Shown here piece by piece: positions 48,013 to 62,019 of a stretch of DNA of 64,000 nt (positions are counted from its first letter, which is position 1; each line of letters begins with the position of its first letter). The DNA lies in NCBI GenBank assembly GCA_973895155.1, contig OZ316897.1:19106168-19170167 (forward strand), in the 5' to 3' direction. A program made the translations under genes and the position numbers. A model generated the notes under the pieces. The model saw only the letters and a program-made list of their open reading frames with translations. It ran no database searches and had not been told where the DNA came from. Origin of the DNA: Marsupella aquatica (Eukaryota > Plantae > Marchantiophyta).

Positions 48013-51000
48013 TCAACACTTCCGAAGAAACCTAGCATTCCACAATGTATTCATTCCTAACACATTCCATAAGCAGAGTTGTTTCTCTTCTTTGTTGGGC
48101 ATTGGCAATGCTGCATCACCACAATACACTGCCTTAACTGATACTCCACTAGTACATTTTACCTCCTTTTTCCGATTCTCTCCACATCGGACGTCTTTGT
48201 AAAATAAAATTTGAAAAACCATATATCCGATACTACTAGCATCGCAACATGCCATTTTAATAGTATCGGATATCGACAATCGGACTTCTATCGGAAAGTC
48301 CGATAGTGGGAGAATGGGAAAGTCCGATAGTGGGAGAATGGGAAAGTCCGATGGTGAGAGAATGGAAAAGTCCGATGCTAGGAGAATGGGAAAATCCGAT
48401 GCTAGGAGAATGGGAAAGTCCGAAGCAATCAAAATGGGATATGCATTTCAGCGGACGCGACATGCTCAGGTCACCCATCTCTTCCTTTAATTGGGTTTCT
48501 ACTTTCATTTGGAATTATGAGCTAGGTGCCCATCTCCCTTGACATGTGAACTCTTCAAATTTTCTCAACTACTTAGTCACCCATCCCAATTGCTATTCCT
48601 CCAACATGAGCTTAACTTTGTGGTTCTTATTCCTTACATTGTACATGCAAGCTTAGCACTTTTGTTGTTTGACTTAGAGTGTTTGGGGATTTTATACACT
48701 TGTGAGTTTACTAAGACCCATAATTTGGACCCATTCTTGATCCATTTTTCTCTATCATGAGATTAGATCTTTGCATCAAGTGACCTATTCTAGTTACCCT
48801 GTTACATTCCCCTAGGAGAAACCAATAGAAATCTGGCACGGGTCATTCATCGATAGTAAAGCCCTCCTTCATTAGATTTGATATGGGATAATTATGGCTT
48901 ATTAGTTATGGATGATATTTTGGTCCTTCCAAAGCCTCAGCGTCAATGGCTCCTGATTGTCTCATCTTTTATCAACTATGTTGTTGTTGGACTTGCAACA
49001 AAGACTACATGGGACAAGCAACCTCCTTCTAGATGATGTATTTTGGACTTGGCATGTTGAGCACATATTTCCGTAAGGGAACAATATGTTGGGTCTTGGA
49101 ATGAGGCAAAAACAACACTCAAGTCCATTTGCCTCAAGTATGAAGTTATTCATGCATGCAAGAATGATTGCATCTTTTGGGAAGAGTATGTCGGTGCAAC
49201 CACATACTCCATCTAACACATCAAAACTTTTCATTCTAACACAATCATAAATTTTCTTTTTGTCATAACCAGACTTTCCCATACTCCCAGCATCGGACTT
49301 TCCCATTCTTCTAGCATCAGACTTTCCCATACTCCCAGCATCAGACTTTCCCATTCTTCCAGCATCGGACTTTCCCATTCTTCTAGCATCGGACTTTCTC
49401 ATACTCCCAGCATCGGACTTTCCCATTCTCCCAACATCGGACTTTGCCATGTTAGCACAATCGGATATAATATCCGTTCTTATTAACTACGGAAAGTTTC
49501 CGATCAATATTGTAACGCACATCATTTTTGTTACAAAAAACATCGGACATATCAATCAAAGTTTCTGTTGAGGGATCCGATGTGTTTTTTAACGAATATG
49601 ATCTGTTTTTTAACGCATCGGAAAGGTTCCGTTGTCAATTATATCGGAAATGAAGATATCCGAAGCCGAGAGTATGGCATATTGCCATTTTCTGATAATC
49701 GGAATTTCCGATGCTAAAAGAATCGGACGCCGATTGTTCGCAAAAATTGAGCATCAGAAATCAGCTTAATATGTACTAGTGCTCGCACCCAAGGACTCTC
49801 AATCATGACACAATGAAATTTATCCTCTCCTGGTAACCCTGTCACTTCACCTCTAGCAACAACTGTAGAGCGATCCACAACGCTTCATACTTCTACATCA
49901 TCTCCTTTTGAAAACTACCACACAAAATTGTTAATTAGGATAAAATACTGTCTTGTAGTACTGATTTGGGCATATTATCAATTTAAGAACATAAGCCAAC
50001 TGAAAACAAATTCACCTTTGCTGCTGGATTTGGGGAGAGAACTGGTCCTCGTTCACTAGGTGAGATAGTGATAGGGGTTGATTTCTTTAATCTCTTTGAA
50101 GGCCTAGGTGGCGTAGCTTCTTGTTCCTGAATTGCATTTGACACTATCTGTTCATCTGTGACAGCAATCTCATCACTTTCACCATTACCAATGCTGCTTT
50201 GTACAATGCAAGGTTCCTGCAGTGCTCCCAAATTTGCTTCTCCCATACTTGGCTTTGGCTTCTGCCTTGTTAAAGTATCTGATTTCTCTCGTTGTGATAC
50301 AGGATTCTCCCCTGAAGAAGCTACCACAAAACCAAACAATGAATGCTTAGAAAACTTCATTCTAAATTGAAAAATAAACTATTGCATATGTAATATGTTT
50401 AGAGTATAAGTTTGTATGTTCTTACCATCACCATCACCTGAGAAAGTAAGAGAACGTTTCCTGCTACTACCTTTAGGATCAACCACCACCTTAGTAGCAA
50501 TTGCATTTGATAATTGCATATGAAACTGATTCTGTTGATTTTGTGCAATGAAAGAGGTCATCATAGATGTCAAATTGTCCACTTTGAACTCAAGTTTGGT
50601 TAAATTCTCCACAGACTGTTCAAGCTTGAGTAATCGAGCTGGTTCCTCAATTGTAGTTTCCCTGGACAGTGGAGTCTACATACACAAAGACACCATACAA
50701 TGTCAATCATCAATGATAATTTGAACATCATGGATAACTGATAATCAAAATTGAATATATACACAGGTTTTCATTACATACCGCTGATCCATGTGCAGAT
50801 CCAATTCCAACAAAACTACTGCCTCGATGTTCACCACTGCCCATAGATGGACTGATCTGCACTGGGGGGACTGGACTACTAGACACAAGTTTTGATATAA
50901 TAGAGCTCGTCATTCCTTTTGCTTTCTGGAAACACATAATCACATTCAAAGCAATTGGAATATTTAATTAGAACTCATCATGTCATTGTTTATTCCTATA

Positions 51001-52640
51001 CTAGATAAACACTTCAATTCAAATGACAGTCTAGACCTGCAGTGAGATGGACCATCTGAAGATTCTTACCAATCTTTTTTCTGCTCCAACAGCCCCTCCT
51101 CTTCCAAAATGCTCTTTGTTCACCACTTCTGCCCTCCTTGCTTTCATCACAGCACTCCTTGCAAGCAAAGCAGGACTATCAAAATGATCCACCAGTCGTG
51201 CCCATTTCAATGGGTCAACATATTGAGGTCCTGGTTTGGAGCGATCACCTTTACATACATCCTTCCAATAAGTATTTAGTTTGTGACGTTCTCTTTTCAA
51301 TAATGTTCGACAGTGACTAATAAATTTCTTGTCAGACACTGACTGCTTATCTGGATACTCCCAATCTGCCTCCATCAATTTCTGCACATCCTCAATTATG
51401 TTTGGATCTTGTTTGTTCCAATCAGGTTCTGATACATCAAAAAGCCTCAAGACATTGGCACGTAGCTCCTCCATCCAATATGGTTTATTAGGATGAGAAT
51501 CATCAATATCATTGTCATGAATCTGAAAAAAACACCATAAATGATAGTCATCAACATTGAAAATGAAACAAACACCCAATTGCTTCTGAGTACACAAACT
51601 GTAGGCCACAAATATGAAATGTGCAATGAAAATCTTACCGTTATCAATTTTCCCTTCTTATTGTCAGCCCTTCTTGCACTACCGGTTCTCTGGAATTGTT
51701 TTTTGGCTTGCCTAGATTCCCTGCGTTGCTCAGTTGCAGTCTTTCTTCCCTCTACATACACAATGAGCATCCAATACTGATCATCCACTATTGCAAAATG
51801 AGGGACAAGAAATATTACAATATAATAGGAGGACGCTTCATTGAATTTGACTTACCTGAACCCTGATTGGATGTCACTACTGTAGAGTGTCCAGATTTCC
51901 CAATCGATGCTGATGGAACCACCACTATACACATGCAAACCACTAGAGTTATGAATCCAACATTCATATAGATCAACATTGAAAATCTTTGAAATTACTT
52001 ACATTCAAATAGTTGGCCAGTCACAGGGTCTTTGTAACATTGCACCATGCCACTCATGGAAGGTCCAACCTTTGTAGGGGTTTCTTTTGCATCTGCCAAG
52101 CTCTTAGATGGAGGTTGCAGATGTTCCTGTCCAGATCAAGTTAAAACCAATGTTATTAAACAGAATCACTACCAATGTCTATAGTTTCCTCATAATGTTG
52201 GTGAAATGTAATAGGAATCTCACCTTGGATGAACTTTCTGGTTTCTCATCTTCACTGTACTCAGCATCAGTGTCATAATCTGATTCAGAGCCCTCATCAC
52301 CAGACTCTGCCATACTCACTGAGGCAATTCTTGATAGTCTGGAGCTCTGTCTCCTCTGTGTGGTAACCTCACTTGTAGGAGTTCGACGTGCACTTGTTTC
52401 CTTCTTGCGCCCTACGGTCTGTGTTGCACCCAATCTACATCAGAGAATATCAATGAATGAATGACAAGTACCAAAAACCAACTCATATTGCTGATGAGCA
52501 ATATTAACACATCTTTGCACATTCAAAACAACATGCAAGATTATACTCACATGAAATTAAAATTTTCTCCAAATATCTCCCTGAATTTTCTATTGTTGTC
52601 TGCTACCTTCTTATTTCGTTCCTCCTCATATGGAGGTATT
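48013..52640 (-). pseudogene. TnpA-like multi-exon gene of CACTA-3 (Transposase_24-like and Transposase_23-like)
   Basis: KWARLVDHF...ARRAEV..EHFGRGG (51060-51520). The last exon VVARGEV...FHC...WVR|VSVKAVYCGDAALPMP...LW is split by CACTA-4. Confidence 0.7.
48147..49781. mobile_element. CACTA-4, non-autonomous (1635 bp)
   Basis: TIRs CACTAGTACAT / ATGTACTAGTG. TSD CTC at 48144-48146 and 49782-49784. 24-bp TCCGAT-containing arrays in opposite orientation at 48290-48425 and 49270-49450. Plus-strand Tnp2 remnant (WNEAKTTLKSICLKYEVIHACKNDCI, ~49095-49175). Confidence 0.95.
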
Positions 52641-52732
52641 CGCTACATTCACTGCTAGACCATGGCATGCCATGTTAGTATAATCCCACTCCCAACCAAA
52701 TGAAACCGGACTGTACAGTGTCTTCAAATCAT

Positions 52733-55700
52733 TCATTTCCTTTTATACTTTCTTTTTCCTTTGTCTGTAGTACTTGGTCTAGGCTCCTGTCTAGTTGTAC
52801 AGGCTTCTGCCAACTCTATGTGAAACTTAGCATTGTCATCCATAGTATCATGGAAATCAATTTCCATGTAATCACCCAGTACCCTTGTAGACCTGGATTC
52901 CTTGTGGAGGATTGTCCTCCATGCAATCCCCTTATCATTTGGGTTAAAAAACACCTGTTCTATCTGTCGTGGCAATACATAGTCCATTTTCTTGGAAGCA
53001 CCCAACTCCTTCTGAAAATTTACTTGCCACAATCCAGACGCATCATATCTCATACTTGCAGTGGCTTTGGGAGTCCAAGATGGGTTTGCCCACCTTCCTT
53101 TGAAAAGGACCACTTCCTTTATCAGAGGCCCATAGTTCAACACTAAGATGTCTGTCAACACCCCCACATATTGTACAGATTCATCTACTGTTGCCCTTGA
53201 CCTAATGACCCGCTTCTCAGTGAATGTACAAGCCATCCCAGAATCAAAAGTCTTGAACCTAGATGAATCACAATCAATCAAGGAACCTAGTGATGGAATG
53301 GTCCTCCAATGGTGCCCATAGGCTCTGTAGGCCCTGTACCGCAGTGCCTTCAGACTAGGTGGTACACTATACGCTGCCAACACCATTCGTTCAAACTCAT
53401 TCTCAAAATTATGCCTTCTAATTGTCACTTCAAACCATTCTCTAAAAGGAGGCAACTCATCCAAATCATAGGGATAAGGCACAGGATTCCTTCGATTTCC
53501 TGGATTCTTCATCCATTCTTTCCGGAAATCTGCTCTATGCTTGGTAACTGCCTCCTTTTGATCATCATAAACCCTGCATGGCAAGAATGACAGTCAGCTC
53601 CTAGGCCCACACAATTTCTGCTCAAAACTCAATTCTGTTTAATAATAAACAACAGAGAACTTAACAATATAAACCATGCTCATACCTATACCATGGTTCC
53701 ACCAGCTCTTCATTCTCTAGTATGTAATGATGCATAGCTATCATATCATTCCACTCCAAGATGATCTGTTTTCCAGCTCCTTCCAAGACAATGCCTGCAA
53801 CACCAGGATTCTCCTCCAAGTCCCATTTTCTCATTCTTGTCCCCTTAACATCGATCATGTATTCAGAAAGGAATCCTAAAGATTCATCCAGAAGGTAGCC
53901 TTGAGCCATAGAAGCCTCTGGACGTGCCTTGTTTCGAACATAACCCTTCAAGGTCTTTAGATATCTTTCTATTGGGTACATCCATCTAATGTTCACTGGA
54001 CCACAGATGTCTAGTTCCTGAACCAGATGAATCAACAGATGGGTCATGACATCAAAGAAGCTTGGTGGGAAATGAATTTCCATAAGGCAGAGTGTGAATG
54101 CAACATCCAACATCACAGAGTCGTACTGTGAGGGATCCCAAACCTTGGCACAGATGGTACGCCACACATTGCTCACTCTGGCTATGGCCAACCGAACACC
54201 TTCATCAAGTAATCCCATTGTTGCCAATGGAAGGATTTGTTGCATGAGGTGATGGAAATCGTGAGATTTCAGCCCTGATAACTTCTTCTTAACTGTGACA
54301 CATTTAGCCAGAGAACTGTTGAAACCAGTGGGCCCTTTAAAGGTCAACAATACCTCTAAGAACTTAGTCTTCTCTGTCTTACTGAGGCAGTATGGGGCTG
54401 GCGGCATGATCTTTGAATCTTTTTTTGGATCTGGATTTGGAACCAGCCACAGGTGTTCCCGCACGTCCATGACTTTCATGTCTTCTCGAACAGAAGGAGT
54501 ATCCTTTATCCCCAAAATAGTGTGCACAATGTTGTGTGCAAGATTCTTCTCACAGTGCATGGGATCCAAACAATGGTTGATGAGAAGTTTCTGCATTGGA
54601 TGCACAGTTCAATACAAACTAAGTTAGAATCAGAAATGTTACTCTTTGGTACTTAACATTACACACTAAGGGATTCAGTATGGGGAACCAGATACTTACA
54701 CTCCAGTATGGCAGCTTGTATAATCCAGTAACCCTCTTCACTCCATTCTTCTTTACTGGAGAGTTTTCATCATCCAGCGCATTCCCTGGTTTCTTCTCCA
54801 CATATTTAGCGGCCTTTTCTCCCCAACGTTTCCTATCAGAGCTGGACACTCTACATGGTGCAGCTCGTGCCTCTACCTCACCATTAAAGTATTTTGCCAC
54901 TTCCTCTCTGCGAAAATAGTGCCTATGTGGTAACCAGCGACGATGGCCAGCAAACAGTAACTTGCCCAACTGTTTTGAACCTTGTGCCACACAATTTGGC
55001 CCACAAACCACACATCCTTTGTACCCTGCATGTTGTTGGCCAGAGACTAATCCATATGCAGGATAATCATTGATTGTCCACAATACTGAAGCCCTTAGCT
55101 TGAACTGTTGCTGCAATCCTAGCCTTGGTAGAACATCAAAACAATCTACTCCTTCTGACCATAATGTCTCAAGATCATCCACAAGTGGAGCCATGTATAC
55201 ATCAAATTGTTCCTCGCTTACAGACACAGGACCTGGAATTAGAAGAGCCAGCATGACAAAGAACTTCTTTGTGGAAAGCCAAGGAGGGATATTATAATTC
55301 AATAGCAGGATTGGCCATGTAGACCAGGCAGTAGAATTATTCCCAAATGGATTTACCCCATCATGCCAATCCCATTCGCACATTCCTTGGCTCAGCAGCA
55401 AAAGCAGGGTCGATCTCTGTGTCCACATGTTTCCATGCCTTTGAATCTGCTGGATGTCGCACCATGTTGTCCTTGCTCTTGTTCTCATGATGCCAAGTCA
55501 TTAGCTTAGATGTACCCTTAGTGGCATACAATCTCTTCAATCGAGGGATTATAGGGAAATATCTCAAGACCTTTGCAGGCTGTAAAGAATTCCCCACTAA
55601 CTTCATCTTTGGCTGATTACACTTGGAACAATTGTCCAACTCTGCAGTCTCATTTCTAAACAACATACATCCATTCTCACAGACTGGGATTCTCTCATAG

Positions 55701-56518
55701 TCTAAACCCAATTTTCTTAGTAATTGTTTTGCAGCATATAGGTTTTTAGGGAGAGTGTGCTCTGTTGGCATTCCATGCTCAGTCAACAAAGACAACATGG
55801 CATTCACTCCCGTGTTTGAGAACCTATTGTTGTGACAGATGTTTAAAAACAACAACATGAAGGAAACTACATCAGTCTTACTGCCTGGAAATAAGGGTCT
55901 CATGGCTTCTTCTAAAGACCCTTGCAGAGGGACAGGATTTATAGGATGCCCTACTGCAGGTGTGTCCTCAGCCCTGGTCTCAGTAGAGGGTGGACCTGCC
56001 TCATTCTCATCATTTTGAAACATTGAATCTATATCAAAAGGAGGATCATTATCCACATATTCGTCAGACTCTTCAGAAGCTCTTGCCAATGTCTCCTGAA
56101 GTAAAACTCTGACCTGCTCTTCAACATCTATTGATGGCTGGCCTGAGTGGAATGCCTCTCGAGACATTCCTGCCCTTAGTGCCTCTGGACCAGAGTTACG
56201 AATGTAATTGGATCTCCACTCCTCATCAGAAGAGTCTTCACCCTCTCCTACCCACACTCGACAGGCAGGGTAGCGGCCATATTTAAGAAGATGTTGTCGA
56301 CTGGTCTTTCGAGTAGTCTTAACAATCCCTTTGCATTCCATGCAAGAGCAATACATTCTATGATCAACACTACCAGAGCAAGCTGTCTGTTCCCGAGCCC
56401 ATAAGTTATCATCACGACGCTGTATTCGACGTGGATGGGAAAGAGGTAATCTTCTCAGGTTGTTTGCCTCTATTGTATGTGCAGTGTTATGTGACCCAGC
56501 CTGGCTAGAAGAAGCCAT
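52733..56518 (-). pseudogene. TnpD/Tnp2 transposase of CACTA-3
   Basis: CSCMEC...HLLKYG, YFPIIPRL, RHPADS..W, DGVNPFG, NDYPAYG, LDPMHCEKN, LKSHDFH and WMYPIERY. Frameshift at ~55362. Confidence 0.93.
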
Positions 56519-57905
56519 GATTGCAGCACTACCTAATCAAAAACACAGTTGCACGTCTTTCTTCTGTGACATCTTGCAGAGCATATGAATTTGTTCTAGA
56601 CAACTCCAAAACCCTTCCATACCATCTTCTAGACCGTCATGTGAAGCAAATGTGTGCACAAGTGAAGAATAGACATACATTTGAGGTACAGTACTCCAAC
56701 TGAGGTAAAGGCAGCTCCCACTTTAGCCTTCATTGCCAATAGAATAGTACATGCATGCCAACAAAAGGTAAACAGATTACATATTAGCAACTTGATCAGA
56801 AATTATTTACTTGGGTACACGTTACCTAATCTCAATTCATACTGTAAGTGACAATGGGTATTTGAAGGAGACCTGAATTGTACAAATGAAAATGACAAAA
56901 GTTTACAAGACCAAATAGAGGCCTACCTCAACCAGATTTAGGGCAAGGGTGTTCACAGTAGTCAGCAATCTCAGACCCTTCAAAACAGTGAATACAATAA
57001 CAAACATTAATCATAATGTCCAACAATCCCCTCCTTCATTCTGTGACTTTTGAATTCATTTGTTGAAATGATCATCTTCATCAAGGCAGTTTGTTTTGGC
57101 AGGTACTAGAATAGATTCAGATCACAACATTTCATCATCCCCACACAAACCAGGATACATATGGGCAAGGGCCTCAAAGGATTTCATGTAATCTACATAA
57201 TGTCACATACTGTGTTTTTGTGCAATAGTCAGAATAAAATACAGTCACTCAGTCTTCAAAATTATCAAAAATGACGAAGTTCAGAGATCAACCCAGGTTG
57301 AAGGGTTGAAGGAGTTCTTAAGGCTATAGGTTTAGAAAGGCAGTACTACAAAACTTGAGAGACATTATGTAAAGTTTGCCTTCTTATGGCCAGATCCCTC
57401 AAAGGGACAACAACATTTTTAAGACCTTGGGTGGATTTTAGGTCTTGCCTCTAAGGTCAGTGTGATGTTTTTTAGTGTTTTAGTTCTTTTGTTATGTATC
57501 TCCATTCAGGCTATTCATATATTGCTGAGTACAGCTGTAACAGTCATCATACAATCAGAATTGATACTGGTCTTTCTCCACTAAGTGTTGCTCTACTCTA
57601 GGGCAAACAGTCTCAACCACAGGTGTAGTCCACTTCATACAGTGAGACAATTTAGTCCACTTCATACAATCAGGCAGTTTAGTCCATTTCATACAATCAT
57701 CCTGCTTTAGTCCATTTCAGTTTAGTCCATTGAATCCAACTTGACACTTCACTCCATTTTCATCCAACAAAAAACTCTGGTGCTCCACTGTACCCCTTTA
57801 GTCCATTTTGTGTCCAGTATCCTCCAGAAGTCCTTAACCCATGACAAGTTCAATATACTTTGTACTAGGCAGTGTTTTCGACACAACTGAACTAAGGCTT
57901 ATCAT

Positions 57906-58619
57906 CTATTTGAAATCATGAGGTGGCACATCAGAACTCTCTGGAATGACATGGCGATTGCAGTACACCATACGCCATGGACCAATATCCCACGTTTCTC
58001 TACCCTTCACCCCTCTCTTGAGGTGTTTGTCTGCCTCTGGTCCCTCATCCCTGCACCATGCATGAGGGCACCTACAACACTGGATGAATTCCCAGATGCC
58101 ATCCCGATACTCCTTGCAAACATCACAATAATGCCTTGGGCATATCAGAGCAGCGGGATGTGCATCTGAGTTTTGTGCGTACCCCAGGAGAGGCAACTCC
58201 CTTGCCCTCAGTATGGTCCGCAGACAACCCACGTGATAAAAAGAAGAGCAGTCATCTTGTGCACACTGGACCACAAGGGGCTCATCTGCAGTGGGCTTTA
58301 CGGTTCGGCCAAGTAGTCCACAAGCAAAGCAACGACCTTGGTTCTGCTGATAGAGGTCACAGAGCCACTCCTTGGCCCAATCATGCCCTCTAGAAATGGC
58401 AACGGGTGTGCACTCAGGCCCATGGCCATCAGGCTCCTGAGGAGCTTGCTGGCCATGAACTAAGTAATGGAAATGACGACTGCAAGGCCCATCGCAGAAC
58501 AAAACAGTACCTCCCTCATCACATTCAAAACAACAAGGGGGATCCAAGCGAAGGTGTTCTTTATGGGCAAACTTTGGATCCAGCCAGGCAGCAGCAGCTC
58601 GTGCCATGCCCGATGTCAT
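57906..58619 (-). CDS. EDM2/NSD-type tandem PHD-finger protein carried by CACTA-3
   Basis: CFECDEGG..LFCDGPCSRHFH, RCFACG.LG, VVQC...DCSSFYH..C, ICPRHYCDVC, CCRCPHAW and MVYCNRH. Confidence 0.78.
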   Translation of the reverse strand: MTSGMARAAAAWLDPKFAHKEHLRLDPPCCFECDEGGTVLFCDGPCSRHFHYLVHGQQAPQEPDGHGPECTPVAISRGHDWAKEWLCDLYQQNQGRCFACGLLGRTVKPTADEPLVVQCAQDDCSSFYHVGCLRTILRARELPLLGYAQNSDAHPAALICPRHYCDVCKEYRDGIWEFIQCCRCPHAWCRDEGPEADKHLKRGVKGRETWDIGPWRMVYCNRHVIPESSDVPPHDFK

Positions 58620-61600
58620 GCGTGGATCTGCACAATTACCTTGAATATTACAAGAAGTGTATGGAGAAGGGCAACAGACAAGTACAAAGATGGTATTTGG
58701 ACATAGTGTACTTACCGTAAGAGGTCTTAGTATAAATCAGGAGATGTCCTGCCCACCTCGATCTCACGGAGTACAAGCAATGTCAAAAATAACTTGGCTT
58801 TGGCTTAAGGGTGCTCTGCATAGAGAGCAAGCAGTTCAGGGTTTAGTGTCAGGCAGACTTGGAAAAAATGTTCAGAAGAGTCAAAGAGAAGTTTATTCAA
58901 AAAGGCAACCACTGTGAAGACCATAGAGCACACAAATTAAATATTGTTCACTGAAATTGTACTCATTCAATACTTGTTGGAGCAGGTAGAATTCAGTAGC
59001 GACTGGGGATAGTATAGACAGGGCTGTAGCTCTTCTTGGGGGGGGGGGCTAACTACATCGGATTAAAACCTCTATCCTTTTAAAAACTCATTTAAACATT
59101 CACAGGTCTTACTTGCACAAAGAAAGGAACTGGTATACTGGCCACTGCACACAAGTCATTATCTGAGTACAATGGACTGGGCCCCCCTTCACTGAGAAAC
59201 AAGCTCACCTCCACATCACGTCACCACTGTAGAAAGTCACCACAACTCTTAAAATGATGTTCTTTCAAGGATTTAGGGATTTTATTCAGAGTCTCTTGGG
59301 GCCGCCTTGTTACTTAGTGAAGAAAAAACAGTCAAGACGACTCAATTAAGCATTTTCTAAATTCAAGAAAAATAAATCTCAACAGCAACCCAATCGATCA
59401 CAACAACAAACACACGACATGGATGCAAGCAAGCCCACCTCCACTGGAGCCTTCTTGTGTAGCAGCACCACCAAACAAGGGTCCAATCTTCCTTAGAATC
59501 CCTGGATGCTGCAGTCTGTGGGAATGCAGCTTTAGGGTTATCCAATACTAACCGCACCGGTGCAGCAACAAGTCTCTTCAGATATGCAGGTCCAATGTCA
59601 GTCCAACACAATCATGTAAGAAATGGAACGTAAAATTTGATGGCACAATATCCAGATGGCATGAAAGATGCCTTTGTGACTTATGGCAATTTGCGTAGCT
59701 TAAATTCACTAGGATGTTCCACAAAAAATAAGTACCAACAACAGGAAGAACACAAAGAATGGGCAACCAATTCAATAGTCCAACAATCTAGACACCTTTG
59801 ACAGCATTGCAAAAAATTTGTAAGACTGCTCTCTAGTATTTGAGCACAAGATACTTACAGATGGTGCAAATTGTAAAACAGAGCTCCAATCCTCCTTAGA
59901 ATTTTTGGATGATGCAGGCAGGAATGCAGCTCCAATGCAGATCGAATCGCACCTCAGCAACAACTAGTCTCTTTAGATATGCACGTATGTCCAACACAGG
60001 TAAGAAACGAGGATACAGTCAGAAATTATTGCATGCAGGAGGAGTAGGATAGAACGGGGGATACAAGGAAAAAACAGCTTTTCTTTCCCTAAGCTTGAGG
60101 ATGCAATCCTCTTGGACTCACCTTGCTGGTCGTCGCAACTCCAATGCCCACCTCCAATCGGCTCCACATTCAATCTGTAGTAAATGAGTATACTGCATGA
60201 CAGAGCACAGTAAGCAGAGTATGAGAAAAGACAAAAATTGAGGTATGGCCAGACAAGGACAGAAACTGAACAAAAATGAATAGAAAATGAACAAGAATAC
60301 AGTCAGGAACGCAAACTTCTGGAGAGCAACAGAGAGCATTGAAGAGGAATCGATCATTAAAGTTTTTTAAGACTCAGAGCAATGTTGGTAGAAATAGGAA
60401 GCTTGAAATAAGAGACGAGAGTCTGCGGAACACTTGATGTGATGAAGCCGCTGTGTGTGGCATCAAGCAACTTCAAGGACAGACAAAGCAAAGTAGGCCA
60501 CAGTCTATTCTAGTGCTTGGGACACACAGGGTATCTCTAATGCATGTCCACCTTCATCGCAGCTCGAAGCACAACATCGAAGCACAACATTGCAGCACGG
60601 CCAGATACTTACTTGGGGGACGTAGTGCCACATAAATTGGACAGAGAATGCGCAACTATCCACTGACTCCAATCATCCAGGTCATACCTTTGAGGTGGAA
60701 GTCGCAAGAGGTTGCGCTCTGTAGCAGCTTGCGAGCAATGGCATTGCAGGTTGGAGGCAGCTACAACATTGAAGGTCCCGGGTCTCAACTTGCACATACA
60801 GGAGCTTGCGCTCTGTAGATAGTCCGAGGGAGCAACGGTGTTGCGGAGTCCTTTCTCCACCAAGCTCGCTCTGTAAGCAGCCAACGTTAGTGACAAGAAG
60901 CTGCAAGTTTCCACTGAGCAAGCTGAGTTCCACTGAGCTGGTTCTCAAAAACCTTTGCAATCAAAATAAGGCAATCCTCCAATGAAGAGCTTGGTCTCAA
61001 CCTCCAAGCGCAAACCTCCCCATGGTGAAACCCGCACCTCCCACACAACAACTCATCACTCTCCCATTTTGCAAGCAGGTTGCCCTCGATGATGGTAGCA
61101 GCTGTCCTCCTACCTGCCTTGACCCGGGGCCTCGACAATGGCAGCCAAGCGCAGCGGCCCTCCTAGCGGCCCTCCTTCAATGTCTACCCACGAATGCAGC
61201 ACCAAGGTCGATCGACTCCCCGCAGTTTAGTCCGTCGACTCCCCGCAGCACCAAGGTCGCACCTTGACTCCCCGCAACACCAAGGTTGCGCACTCACTTC
61301 CCACAGCACCAACTGAAGGTCGCACCTCGACTCCCCGCTTATCGCTACGAGGAAACTCACAGCCCTAATGTTGTCGGGTGACAATGTGAGAGCACTCTGC
61401 CTAAGCACGCACTGCCTTGCAACGGTAAACCCTTCACGTAAACCTGCACCGACTGGGACACAAAACGCAACATTCGATATCAATGTTGTTCTCGATGTTT
61501 GACCGGACTAAGGAAGGCATCCAATGCGAGGTAGTGTAAAATAACATTCCTGTGCAAAGGGCCACGATTGCATGAGGGGATGATTATAGATGCTACATAG

Positions 61601-62019
61601 ACGGTCCAGATGCTGTGATCCTATCCCCCATCAAAAGACTTGGGAGACCCTTAGGAAAGGGGGGGGGCATGTGCACCCTAAACCATTACTCATTATGACC
61701 CCCAAAACATATAAATACATACAAGGGGGAGCTTATTGATTGATGAGGTCTTGGGGGCGAGCTTGGGGGTTTGTTTAGAATTCAAACATAATTGTGGACT
61801 GACTTAGTCTAATTTTAACACTTCACCCTAAACCCTGCCCTTTTATGAACATAATTATGCATGTTCCCTCGTACACCCTATATATATCATTGTTTTGTGT
61901 ATGTAACTCATGGTCGGCTCCTACCATCAATATGGCGGAATACGTCATCAAGGGGTGTAATGAGTCATATTGTGTGTGGCTTACATGATTGTTGCATTGA
62001 CATCAATGACCATTTTTTG

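Noticed and set aside
48257-49450. ORFs with SDFPIL / MGKSDA repeats
   Set aside because: Artefacts of the 24-bp subterminal repeats of CACTA-4.
59363-61483. Short ORFs and local duplications (59485-59610 vs 59888-59998; 61200-61340)
   Set aside because: No recognisable domain. Probably UTR, intron or promoter sequence of CACTA-3 cargo.
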